64,000 nucleotides of DNA from an uncultured cyanobacterium (GTDB lineage Bacteria > Cyanobacteriota > Cyanobacteriia > Cyanobacteriales > Cyanobacteriaceae). A program made the position numbers and the translations under genes. The notes under the pieces are model-generated. The model saw only the letters and a program-made list of their open reading frames with translations, had not been told where the DNA came from and made no database searches. Positions 1 through 9,674 of this stretch are shown here, in pieces (the stretch's first letter is position 1; every line of letters starts with the position of its first letter). The stretch covers positions 800,001 to 864,000 of the forward strand of contig CAVQBA010000006.1 in NCBI GenBank assembly GCA_963710605.1. The letters run 5' to 3'.

Positions 1-903
1 CTTATCAAAGTCTTTTTGATTTTCTGCTTTAGTGAGTTTTTCGCCTACTGCAATTTGTATCTTTAATCTTTTGGCTTCTTTTTCTTGATGATATTGCTCA
101 AGTCGATCGACTTTTTCCATTAATATATCGATCGTCTCTACTATTCTCTTTTGCTCTTCAAGAGGCGGTAGAGGGAAAACATGACTTTTAATTGTTGAGG
201 TTGCTAATTCTATTTGTTTAGTAGAACCAGATGATTTTGAGACTATGAAATTTTGAACAAAAGGGCTTACTATCCAAGAATACAAAAATTCGGGTTTGAT
301 GTAAATGACTCGAACAACAGTTACATGAGAATCAACAACAACTTGATCGTAATTATTATTTTCATGAATATAAATTAATGCTCGTCCCAAAGTACCCAAA
401 CCTGTAGAATTCCATAATAAATCTCCTGTTCTCAAAAATCTTTCGTCAGTATATTTGTTAATACTTTCGGGACAAATAAATTTAGCTTTGAACAATTCTA
501 ACCCATTCCATTGAATACATTTTTGAGCGATTACAGGAAAATTACTTTTTTCTACATATTTAGGAGATTTTCCTCTTTGTATGTAAGATGAAATATCATC
601 AAGTCTTACCCATTCCCAACTATCAGGAATATCATAAGGAATCTCCTCTGGTGTAATCTCTGGCAAAGGCTTGGTTTTTTTGATCTTCTTTTCTTTAATT
701 AACCTTTGTTTTTCTGCTTCAATTTCTTTTAACAATTCCCTTGCTGAAGTATTATTAGGGTTTTGGGGTACAAGTTTCCCTCGCATCGCTAAAGAAAGAA
801 TCAACTCTCTTAATTTTGGTATTCCTTCGGGGGCAGAAAAAGCCGTAGCGAAATATTGATCTAGTAATTCTGTCGTTAGAGAGTTAGTTTTAGCAATTGG
901 CAT
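1..903 (-). CDS. hsdS: Type I restriction-modification specificity subunit (5' part; runs off window start; not in ORF track)
   Basis: Manual translation from ATG at 903: MPIAKTNSLTT...KLRELILSLAMRGKLVPQNP...EIPYDIPDSWEWVRLDDI...FPLPPLEEQKRIV, typical HsdS conserved segments; lies directly downstream of hsdM. Confidence 0.93.
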   Translation of the reverse strand, partial: MPIAKTNSLTTELLDQYFATAFSAPEGIPKLRELILSLAMRGKLVPQNPNNTSARELLKEIEAEKQRLIKEKKIKKTKPLPEITPEEIPYDIPDSWEWVRLDDISSYIQRGKSPKYVEKSNFPVIAQKCIQWNGLELFKAKFICPESINKYTDERFLRTGDLLWNSTGLGTLGRALIYIHENNNYDQVVVDSHVTVVRVIYIKPEFLYSWIVSPFVQNFIVSKSSGSTKQIELATSTIKSHVFPLPPLEEQKRIVETIDILMEKVDRLEQYHQEKEAKRLKIQIAVGEKLTKAENQKDFDK

Positions 904-1054
904 ATAATAATAAATATCTTGAACAAAAAAAAGACGATCGATTTAGCTTATCAAGAAAATACCTTACTTAAAACCTCTTAGTTCATTTTAATGAACGTTA
1001 TCTGTTAGCCTTGTCAATTTATTGCTAGGCGATTGATATTAACAACTTTAGTTA

Positions 1055-2506
1055 TCATTGATTATTTTCTAACGCTTGTACAAGTTCGTTTTTTAATTCA
1101 TCCTGAATCGCTTTAACTTGTTGCGATAACTGCTTAAATTCCATCATCAAGTCTTCGGGTTTACCATAATCAATCACTTCTTGATAAGGATTTTTACAAT
1201 CAAGGTTATAATTTTTAGCAATAATATCTTCTACTTTTACTTGCCAAGCCGATTCATTTTCTGCTCGTTTATGCCACCATGCTTTTTCTGTGTCAAACTC
1301 TTGAATAGTTAAAGGTTTCGATCGACTATAAGACTTATAACCCTTAGGATAAGGATGCTCAAAAAACCAAATCGATTCAGTTGCTTTACCTTGATCAAAA
1401 AATAAAATATTCGTCGAAATGCTGGTATAAGGGCTGAATACTCCTTTAGGTAAACGGATGATAGTATGCAGATTGAAGTTATCCAAAAGCTCTTTTTTAA
1501 TCGTAGTTTTGACTCCTTCACCAAACAAAAAACCATCAGGTAATACCACCGCCGCTTTACCTATATCTTTTTTTAATAAGTGCATTATCAACGCCATAAA
1601 CAAATCTGCTGTTTCTCTGGTTTGATATTTTTTAGGAAAATTGTTCTCGATGCCGTCTTCTTCTACCCCTCCAAAAGGCGGATTAGTGATAATAATGTCC
1701 ACCCTTTCTTGTGGTTTATAATCTTTTAGAGGACGGGATAAAGTGTTATCATGGCGAATTTGAGTGGGTGTATCAATGCCATGTAAAATCATATTAGTGA
1801 TCGCTAACATATGGGGTAAAGGTTTTTTTTCGACACCATTGATAGTCTTTTCGATCGTGTTTTGGTCATCAGGATTATTAACTTGTGGTTGTAGATAATC
1901 GATCGTGCAAGTAAGAAAACCACCTGTACCACAGGCTGGGTCAAGGATTACCTGTCCTAACTGAGGGTTGAGAATATCCACCATAAATTGCGTCACTGCC
2001 CTAGGTGTATAATATTCTCCTGCGTTACCAGCAGATTGCAAATCAGCGAGGATTTTTTCGTAGATGTCATTAAATAAATGTCGATCTTCTGAGGAGTTAA
2101 AATCTAAATCTTGTTCAATGGTATTGATTACTTGACGTAGTAATGTTCCTGATTTCATGTAATTATAAGCGTCTTCAAACACCGAACCAATTACCCTTGC
2201 TTGAGGTTTCGTGTCTGAAGTTGTAGCTAATTCTTTGAGGGTGGGAAAAAGATCGTTATTCACAAAATTAATTAATTCATCACCCGTCATTCCTTCATCA
2301 TCTTTTGCCCAATTTGACCATCTCAAATGCTTAGCTAAAGGAGATTGATAATTATCGACAGTAAATTCCCATTCTTGCTCTTTATCATCAAATATCTTCA
2401 GAAACAGCATCCAGACTAATTGACTAATTCTTTGGGCATCTCCATCCACACCAACATCCTTACGCATGATGTCTTGAATACTTTTAACTAAGGTAACGAT
2501 CGCCAT
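1055..2506 (-). CDS. hsdM: Type I R-M N6-adenine methyltransferase subunit (EcoAI/EcoEI-like)
   Basis: N-terminus KSIQDIMRKDVGVDGDAQRISQL; GEYYTPR, DPACGTGGFL (motif I), NPPF (motif IV). Confidence 0.95.
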   Translation of the reverse strand: MAIVTLVKSIQDIMRKDVGVDGDAQRISQLVWMLFLKIFDDKEQEWEFTVDNYQSPLAKHLRWSNWAKDDEGMTGDELINFVNNDLFPTLKELATTSDTKPQARVIGSVFEDAYNYMKSGTLLRQVINTIEQDLDFNSSEDRHLFNDIYEKILADLQSAGNAGEYYTPRAVTQFMVDILNPQLGQVILDPACGTGGFLTCTIDYLQPQVNNPDDQNTIEKTINGVEKKPLPHMLAITNMILHGIDTPTQIRHDNTLSRPLKDYKPQERVDIIITNPPFGGVEEDGIENNFPKKYQTRETADLFMALIMHLLKKDIGKAAVVLPDGFLFGEGVKTTIKKELLDNFNLHTIIRLPKGVFSPYTSISTNILFFDQGKATESIWFFEHPYPKGYKSYSRSKPLTIQEFDTEKAWWHKRAENESAWQVKVEDIIAKNYNLDCKNPYQEVIDYGKPEDLMMEFKQLSQQVKAIQDELKNELVQALENNQ

Positions 2507-2800
2507 TAAACTTTCTTTTCTTTCAATTTCTACTTATCATACAACGGCTACCACGATCGTCAACTAATTCTCTATACTTCGGCTTTACTTTGACTGACGC
2601 TTAGCACGAGTTGCTCAGCATAAATTCTCGTACTGAACAATTGACAATTTCTCTACCTATTGTCTTGTTTTCATCATATTAAAGACCATCATTATTAAGA
2701 TCAAGATATATTGAATATGACAGAATATATACATACGTCATTTTAATCAACAGATATTAGATCGTTTTTTGAACATTATTAAATAAGGAGAAAAATAAGA

Positions 2801-4051
2801 GTGACTACTGCGGCATTAGACATATTAAGTCAAGCTTTTGACCAAGATAATTTTAACAACTACGTCATGAATACCTACGGGCGTTTTCCTGTCGCTATGG
2901 AAAAAGGCGAAGGATGCAAACTGTGGGATACAGATGGTAAAGAATATTTAGATTTCGTGGCAGGAATAGCTACTTGTACTTTAGGGCATGGGCATCGGGC
3001 CATGATTGAAGCAGTTAGCCAACAAATCAAAAAGTTACATCATATTTCTAACCTTTACTATATTCCCGAACAAGGTGAATTAGCTAAATGGATTGTTGAA
3101 CATTCTTGTGCTGATAAAGTATTTTTCTGTAATTCAGGTGCAGAAGCCAACGAGGCGGCGATCAAATTAGTTCGTAAATATGCTCATACCGCTTTAGAAT
3201 TTTTAGAGCAACCAGTAATCTTAACTGCTAAATCCAGTTTTCATGGTCGTACTTTAGCAACTATCACCGCAACAGGGCAAGCGAAATATCAAAAAGATTT
3301 TGCACCTTTAATACCCGGTTTTGAATATGTACCTTATAATGACATAGGTGCGATCGAAGATGCGATTACCAATATTGATGAAGGCGATAGACGTGTAGCC
3401 GCTATCATGATTGAACCAATCCAAGGAGAAGGTGGTGTTCGTCCGGGTGAATTAGAATATTTCTTAAGATTACGCAAAATCTGTGATGAGACAGGTATTC
3501 TCTTAGTTTTTGATGAAGTCCAATCAGGTGTCGGTCGTACTGGTAAAATGTGGGGTTATGAAAACCTCGGTGTTGAGCCTGATATTTTCACTAGTGCTAA
3601 AGGTTTAGCTGGTGGTATTCCCATCGGTGCAATGATGTGTAAGTCTTTTTGTGACGTTTTCGCACCAGGTAGTCACGCTAGTACTTTTGGTGGTAATCCT
3701 TTTGCTACAGCGGCTTCATTAGCTGTTCTTAAAACGATCGATAGTGATGGTATTATTCAAAATGTACAAGCTAGAGGCGAACAATTACGTAGTATTTTAA
3801 GAGCTATTTCTCAAAAATATAGCAACCTTTTTGTTGATGTCAGAGGTTGGGGTTTAATGGATGGTATGGAAATTAGCCCTGATAGTGATTTAACATCGAT
3901 CGAAATCGTCAAAAAAGCGATGGAAAACGGTTTATTATTAGCACCTGCAGGAGCAAAAGTATTACGTTTTGTACCTCCATTGATTGTTAATGAAGAAGAA
4001 GTAAAACAAGCAGGAGAAATCCTTGAGCAAACTATTTCTGAATTAGTTTAA
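2801..4051 (+). CDS. argD: Acetylornithine aminotransferase (class III PLP enzyme)
   Basis: YVMNTYGRFP, FFCNSGAEANEAA, SFHGRT, DEVQSGVGRTG, SAKGLAGG (PLP lysine). Confidence 0.93.
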   Translation: MTTAALDILSQAFDQDNFNNYVMNTYGRFPVAMEKGEGCKLWDTDGKEYLDFVAGIATCTLGHGHRAMIEAVSQQIKKLHHISNLYYIPEQGELAKWIVEHSCADKVFFCNSGAEANEAAIKLVRKYAHTALEFLEQPVILTAKSSFHGRTLATITATGQAKYQKDFAPLIPGFEYVPYNDIGAIEDAITNIDEGDRRVAAIMIEPIQGEGGVRPGELEYFLRLRKICDETGILLVFDEVQSGVGRTGKMWGYENLGVEPDIFTSAKGLAGGIPIGAMMCKSFCDVFAPGSHASTFGGNPFATAASLAVLKTIDSDGIIQNVQARGEQLRSILRAISQKYSNLFVDVRGWGLMDGMEISPDSDLTSIEIVKKAMENGLLLAPAGAKVLRFVPPLIVNEEEVKQAGEILEQTISELV

Positions 4052-4091
4052 GATAATTTGATCTTTACTTTCAAATAAAAACCAATCATCA

Positions 4092-4128
4092 TAACTAAAG
4101 GACGTTGTAGTACAACGTCCTTTAGTTA
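4092..4128. terminator. Perfect 18-bp inverted repeat between convergent genes (REP-like, probable bidirectional terminator)
   Basis: TAACTAAAGGACGTTGTA-G-TACAACGTCCTTTAGTTA between the argD and ycf20 stop codons. Confidence 0.7.
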
Positions 4129-4137
4129 AAATATTTT

Positions 4138-4473
4138 TTAAGAAGTGAGAATAACACCATCTAAATACAAACCATAAACAAAACCAAGCTTAAAAGAATA
4201 CAATAAATCTCGCCACCAAGGTTTTTGGCTACCCTTATTTTTGGGATTATAAATAATTCTGTCCATAATTTCGGTAATCGACAAAAAAACAAGCGCAACA
4301 GAAACATCCCAATCTCCCCCCTGACTGATAGAAGAAGTTAAAACTGTCGGTAAAGAAAAACCCAACAACCAACCGATAACGATAAAAGAAAGTTTACGCC
4401 ACGGGTTAGCAAAAAAAACACGAGACTGATTAGAGAAGCGACTAAGTAACTGATTTAAACGAGTTTGTTGCAT
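4138..4473 (-). CDS. ycf20: Ycf20 / DUF565 family membrane protein
   Basis: MQQTRLN...FFANPWR...GDWD...FKLGFVYGLYLD signature. Confidence 0.85.
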   Translation of the reverse strand: MQQTRLNQLLSRFSNQSRVFFANPWRKLSFIVIGWLLGFSLPTVLTSSISQGGDWDVSVALVFLSITEIMDRIIYNPKNKGSQKPWWRDLLYSFKLGFVYGLYLDGVILTS

Positions 4474-4546
4474 AATAGGTAGGTAGTCTTCTGCTGTCTT
4501 TTCTTGATATTTAAGACTATAAAATACTGTAATGATAGATCAAATT

Positions 4547-5197
4547 TTATTTTATCATTGCGCAATCTTTATAAAAGTTCTCAGCGATCGCAATTCCTTG
4601 AATAATTATTTGATGCTCTTGTTTTTGAATGCGTAAATGTAAACTATCAGCAGTGTCATTAGGCAAAATTGGTACAGCAGATTGAATCAAAATTTGACCA
4701 CTATCTACTTCTAAATCAACTAAATGCACAGTACAACCTGTTAACTTTACCTTAGCAGACAAAGCTTGTTCGATCGCATTTATCCCTTTAAAACTAGGCA
4801 ACAAACTCGGATGAATATTAATAACTTGATGAGGAAAAGCATCTAACAATACTTGAGTCACAATCCGCATCCAACCCGCCATTACTACCCATTCTATTTT
4901 ATATTGTTGAAACACTTCAGCTATGGCTTGATCAAGTTTTTCACGAGAAGCAAAATCACGATGATTCAATAGTACTGTAGGTATATTATATTGCTCGGCT
5001 TTTTCTTTGACTTTAGCTTGAGGATTGTTGTAGATTAAAACCTCAACTTTAGCGTTTAAATCTCCATTTTGAATCGCTTTAGCAATAGCTTCAAAATTAC
5101 TTCCCGTACCAGAAGCCATCACTCCTAATTTAACTGTTTTTTCTAACTTTAACTCCTCTAAACTTAATTGCGGAGAGATAATTGCCAAAGAGTGCAT
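4547..5197 (-). CDS. purN: Phosphoribosylglycinamide formyltransferase
   Basis: ASGTGSNFEAI, AGWMRI, INIHPSLLPSFKG, GCTVHLV. Confidence 0.95.
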   Translation of the reverse strand: MHSLAIISPQLSLEELKLEKTVKLGVMASGTGSNFEAIAKAIQNGDLNAKVEVLIYNNPQAKVKEKAEQYNIPTVLLNHRDFASREKLDQAIAEVFQQYKIEWVVMAGWMRIVTQVLLDAFPHQVINIHPSLLPSFKGINAIEQALSAKVKLTGCTVHLVDLEVDSGQILIQSAVPILPNDTADSLHLRIQKQEHQIIIQGIAIAENFYKDCAMIK

Positions 5198-5365
5198 CCT
5201 AGTTGTTGATTAAATACAGAGAACATTATAGCAGAAGTTTGGCTGACAGTTGAGCATTGTTTTTATCTGAATATTTATAACTTGATTAGTCGAAGTGCGT
5301 TTAAATACTTTTACTGACAAAAGAATAAAATATAAAATAGGGATAAAAATATCGACTCCTTAGCT

Positions 5366-5938
5366 ATGACTAACTTAACCATTGACTGTCAATCCTTAGA
5401 CATAACCGAAGAAAGATTCTATCAATTATGTATCAACAATCGTAGCGTCAGATTTGAACGCAATCATCAAGGAAATTTAATCATTATGACTCCCGTCGGA
5501 GATATTAGTAGTAACCGCAATGCTGGAATAGTTGCTCAATTATGGTTATGGAATAGTCAAAACAAAACAGGTATAGTCTTTGATTCTTCTGCTGGTTTTA
5601 TCTTACCTAATGGTGCAATTCGATCGCCCGATACCTCTTGGATTCCTCTGACAAAATGGCAACAAATCCCCGATACAGAAAAAGAAAAGTTTGCTCATAT
5701 TTGTCCTGATTTTGTCGTTGAATTGATGTCTCCAAGCGATAATTTAAAACAGACTCAAGCAAAGATGCAAGAATATATCGATAATGGCACAAAATTAGGA
5801 TGGTTAATTAATCCTAAAACTAAAAAAGTAGAAATTTATCGACATAATCAACAAGCCGAAATATTAGATAATCTAAATAGTTTATCAGGAGAAAATATCT
5901 TAGTTAATTTTGTTTTGGATTTAGAAATTATTTGGTAA
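5366..5938 (+). CDS. Uma2 (DUF820) family putative endonuclease
   Basis: FDSSAGF.LPNGAIRSPD, CPDFVVELMSPSD, KMQEYIDNG..LGWLINP. Confidence 0.92.
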   Translation: MTNLTIDCQSLDITEERFYQLCINNRSVRFERNHQGNLIIMTPVGDISSNRNAGIVAQLWLWNSQNKTGIVFDSSAGFILPNGAIRSPDTSWIPLTKWQQIPDTEKEKFAHICPDFVVELMSPSDNLKQTQAKMQEYIDNGTKLGWLINPKTKKVEIYRHNQQAEILDNLNSLSGENILVNFVLDLEIIW

Positions 5939-6040
5939 CTAGCCTATTATGTAATTGACAAATGAACTGTAATATGTATAGCAATATTTAAATTATAGTT
6001 GTTTAAAATCAGAATAAGACAATTTGTTCGATGAGATTTT

Positions 6041-6092
6041 AGTTTAATTTATTAAACGGTTTCTATTAGCCATGTAATTCATTGCATGGTGG
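6041..6092. repeat. Dispersed double-hairpin repeat, copy 1 (copy 2 at 25120-25171)
   Basis: AGTTTAATTTATTAAACG..TATTAGCCATG...CATGGTGG shared with 25120-25171. Confidence 0.7.
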
Positions 6093-6114
6093 GTATTAAG
6101 CTTATATTTTTAAT

Positions 6115-8427
6115 TTAACCAATTTTATTTAATAACTTTTTGAGCTTATCAATATCTAAATAAATATCTTCAAAACGAGAATCAGAATAGATAAATTGAT
6201 CAAAACAATAACTACCGATCACTTCTCCTACTAAATAATAATAATCAAGATTTACCAAATTACTCACTAACCAATAGCAAGGATAGACATAATTAGGGCT
6301 AAAAATTTCGATTATTTTTGTCTCAGGCTGACAAAAAACTAGATTACTTAATCCACTACCATGAGGAGAAATAACAATCTCACTTTGAGCTAAAAGTTGT
6401 GCTTGTTCGCTAACAGATAATAACTCTAAATTAATTACCTTAAAATCATATTTATCTAAAAAATCAACTACTTCTTGTTCGTTGATTAAACGACGATTAC
6501 TAGACTTATTACGACTAATATATAATCTATTTTTAGTTTCTACTTTAACAAGCTCTGAATCTAAAAAAACGTTTTTAAGATAATGACAACTCCATTGAGG
6601 CATCCAAGCGATCGTACCAGCATATGAAGGTACTATCAAATTATCTGCTTGAATATGAGTCGGTGAAGATAAAGATAAAGGTAATATTTTATCACTATTT
6701 ATACCTATTTTGATTAAACTTTCTTGCTGAAATTTTGCTCTATTATCTACTAGAAAATAATCTACTTCGGCTAAGTTTATTTTGGCTAATTCTAATAAAT
6801 AAATTCTTGGTAAAATATCAAATAACCAATGAAAATAAATATTATTTAATAATCCTGCTAACACCACCACATTACCGTTAATTTTAGTAGGAGAAGGTAA
6901 AGAAGATGTTTTATTAAAAAGCGAATGATGACGAGGATGACTTTGAGGATGGTTAGGGCTTAAGGCGGGAGATTCGGGGGATAAATCACCGAGTAAGTAG
7001 TTATCGTTACTGATAACAGCACTAGATGCTTCATCTTCTCTTAAATAAAAACGTCCTTGAGGAATTTCGACGACAAAAGGTGATGGTAGTTGAATAGTTG
7101 TGGGAAAATAAAAACTAGAATGAATATTTCGATCGATCGTTTGTGGTGGTTTTAAATTTATAATAGAATCAAGTTTTAGAGGATAAAATTTATTAGTTAA
7201 TTTTTTTTGTTCAACAAAATCTAAAGTATTTAGGTAAAAATTATTTGGTGTTTCAACTAAGTTTAAATTGTTATTTTTATTTGTTTTGGGTTGTAGTTGT
7301 AATTTTAGTTTTTCAACCTTCTGTGAATCAAGATAAATTAGTTTTTGAAGATAATTAGGAATAAGTTGAGCTTGATTTGTGTACGCATAACTAATAATCA
7401 AATTAGTATAAATATCCGCAGAAACTAAATCGTATTTTAAAGCTTGTTGATAAAAGTTAATTGCTCGATCGTATTTGTGTTGCTCAAAATATATATCAGC
7501 AATAACCTTAGCAAAATCAGCGAGTAACTTAGAATCAAGATTAAGATTGTTAGTTATCGAATCTGATGAATGATTAAGCTTAGTTTGTTGAATAATTGTG
7601 ATTAACTCAGTATTTAATTTAACCCCATTTTGAGAGTTGAGATGATTACTAATTTGGTTTTCGTACCAAGCTAAATATTGTTGATATATCTTAGGTTGAG
7701 AAGTAACTAATTTATGCCAACATTTAAAAGTTTGTGCTAAATTTTGCTCAAGTAAATCTAGATAACCTAAATCGCCATATGCCGAATAATATTGAGGGTT
7801 ATAACTAAGGATTTTTTGCAGAGATTGTCGAGCTAAAGACAGTTGTTGATTTTTCAGATAACAAAAAGCTAAGTTAATTAAAATCGGTAAATAATCAGGT
7901 TGCTTTTGTAATCCTTGCTGATAAATATCGATCGCATTTGTGTATTGATGAGTATTCTGCCACAATAAACCTAATTTTTCATAACCAGTGATTAAATCAG
8001 GTTGCCAAACAATCAAATCTTGCCAAACACAAATTGCTTCTTCAAAACGACTAACAATAGTCAAACATTGAGCTAAATTAAGATAAGCAGAGAGACTTTG
8101 AGCATCAAACTCCCAACCTTGTTGATATAAACTAATCGCTAACTCGACATTTTTTTGCTTAATTTGTAATTGTGCTAACTCAAAAATAGACTCCGCAATC
8201 AACTTTAATTGGTCTTCATAATTTAATAATAAATGCCAGTAAATAAGTTGAGCATTTTCAACCTCATCAAGACAAAGATAAGCAGTAGCCAAATAAGTTT
8301 GATATAGTACATCATCTGGTTGATTATTTAACAAATTTTCGAGATATTTAATCGCCGATAAATAATCCTCCTGCTGAAAAAAACTAATGATTTGCAATAA
8401 AACAGACTTATTCATCTTAATTATCAA
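6115..8427 (-). CDS. TPR-repeat protein with C-terminal glycosyltransferase family 61 (DUF563) domain
   Basis: N-terminal TPR helices; NIYFHWLFDILPR, RLYISR, RRLINE, PHGSGLSNLVFC. Confidence 0.88.
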   Translation of the reverse strand: MIIKMNKSVLLQIISFFQQEDYLSAIKYLENLLNNQPDDVLYQTYLATAYLCLDEVENAQLIYWHLLLNYEDQLKLIAESIFELAQLQIKQKNVELAISLYQQGWEFDAQSLSAYLNLAQCLTIVSRFEEAICVWQDLIVWQPDLITGYEKLGLLWQNTHQYTNAIDIYQQGLQKQPDYLPILINLAFCYLKNQQLSLARQSLQKILSYNPQYYSAYGDLGYLDLLEQNLAQTFKCWHKLVTSQPKIYQQYLAWYENQISNHLNSQNGVKLNTELITIIQQTKLNHSSDSITNNLNLDSKLLADFAKVIADIYFEQHKYDRAINFYQQALKYDLVSADIYTNLIISYAYTNQAQLIPNYLQKLIYLDSQKVEKLKLQLQPKTNKNNNLNLVETPNNFYLNTLDFVEQKKLTNKFYPLKLDSIINLKPPQTIDRNIHSSFYFPTTIQLPSPFVVEIPQGRFYLREDEASSAVISNDNYLLGDLSPESPALSPNHPQSHPRHHSLFNKTSSLPSPTKINGNVVVLAGLLNNIYFHWLFDILPRIYLLELAKINLAEVDYFLVDNRAKFQQESLIKIGINSDKILPLSLSSPTHIQADNLIVPSYAGTIAWMPQWSCHYLKNVFLDSELVKVETKNRLYISRNKSSNRRLINEQEVVDFLDKYDFKVINLELLSVSEQAQLLAQSEIVISPHGSGLSNLVFCQPETKIIEIFSPNYVYPCYWLVSNLVNLDYYYLVGEVIGSYCFDQFIYSDSRFEDIYLDIDKLKKLLNKIG

Positions 8428-8621
8428 TTCTCAACTATAGTATAGGGTTTAATGAATTAAAGGTAATTTTTATGGTAATCTAATCAAGTTGTGTCTATAG
8501 TAGAAAATATCTAGTTATCTAAAAAAAAATAGATGTTTTTTTTTGGCTAGATGGCATTTAATTTAATTAAAATCGCTTAAAATTTAATTTTAGTGTAAGC
8601 AGGGAAAAGTCAATAAACAAC

Positions 8622-9440
8622 ATGAAGCAATATCAAAGAAGTTCAATCCTTGTTATCGGAGGTGCAGAAGACAAAGTACATGGAAAAGAGATTCTTAGTA
8701 GTTTTTGGCATTGTGCAGGGGGGACATCAGCTATAATCGGGATTATTCCTTCCGCCTCAAGAGAACCAAGTATTATCGGCGATCGTTATACTAACATTTT
8801 CCGTGATATGGGTGCGAAAGAATTGAAAGTATTAGACGTTCGCGATCGAGTTCAAGGGGAAGATAAAGGATATATTGAATTTGTCGAGCAATGTACAGGT
8901 ATATTCATGACAGGAGGAGATCAACTTCGTCTATGTGGTTTACTCTCAGACACACCATTGATGGATAAAATCAAAAGAAGAGTCAATCAAGGAGAAGTAG
9001 CTTTAGGTGGTACAAGTGCAGGTGCGGCAGTAATGGGTCATCATATGATTGCAGGTGGTAGTAGTGGAGAAGCACCGAACCGCTCTTTAGTCGATATGGC
9101 GATGGGATTAGGTCTTATTCCTGAGGTGATTGTCGATCAGCATTTTCATAATCGTAATCGAATGGCAAGACTACTTAGTGCTATCTCTAGTCATCCTGAA
9201 AGACTGGGTATTGGTATTGATGAAGATACTTGCGCCATGTTTAGTCAAGAAGGTTATATCGAAGTACTCGGTAGAGGCACAGTCAGTATAGTTGATGGTC
9301 AAGCCATGAGTTATACCAATGAAGGTAAAGTAGCCGCCGAGCAACCTTTAACCTTACATAATTTGAGATTACACGTTTTAGGATATAGCGATCGTTATAA
9401 CCTTAAAACACATCAACCAATAGCAGGTAGAAATGAATAA
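8622..9440 (+). CDS. cphB: Cyanophycinase
   Basis: IGGAEDK, TGGDQLRL, GTSAGAA, DQHF; directly upstream of cphA. Confidence 0.97.
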   Translation: MKQYQRSSILVIGGAEDKVHGKEILSSFWHCAGGTSAIIGIIPSASREPSIIGDRYTNIFRDMGAKELKVLDVRDRVQGEDKGYIEFVEQCTGIFMTGGDQLRLCGLLSDTPLMDKIKRRVNQGEVALGGTSAGAAVMGHHMIAGGSSGEAPNRSLVDMAMGLGLIPEVIVDQHFHNRNRMARLLSAISSHPERLGIGIDEDTCAMFSQEGYIEVLGRGTVSIVDGQAMSYTNEGKVAAEQPLTLHNLRLHVLGYSDRYNLKTHQPIAGRNE

Positions 9441-9674
9441 CGAATAATTAATAATGGATAATTAATAATTAAAGTGTTTGAAATTAATAATCTGCGATTT
9501 TAGACTTGCCAAGCAAAAAAAAACGGTTGCGGTATTTAACTATTAACTATTAAAAAACTATTCTCAGAAAATGTTCATCAATAACAGTTTAGATGAACAG
9601 TTAGTTCGAGATTAAAAAGAAACCGACAAAGTTCTAATTAATAATATATCTGCTTTAAATTACGATAAATAACC

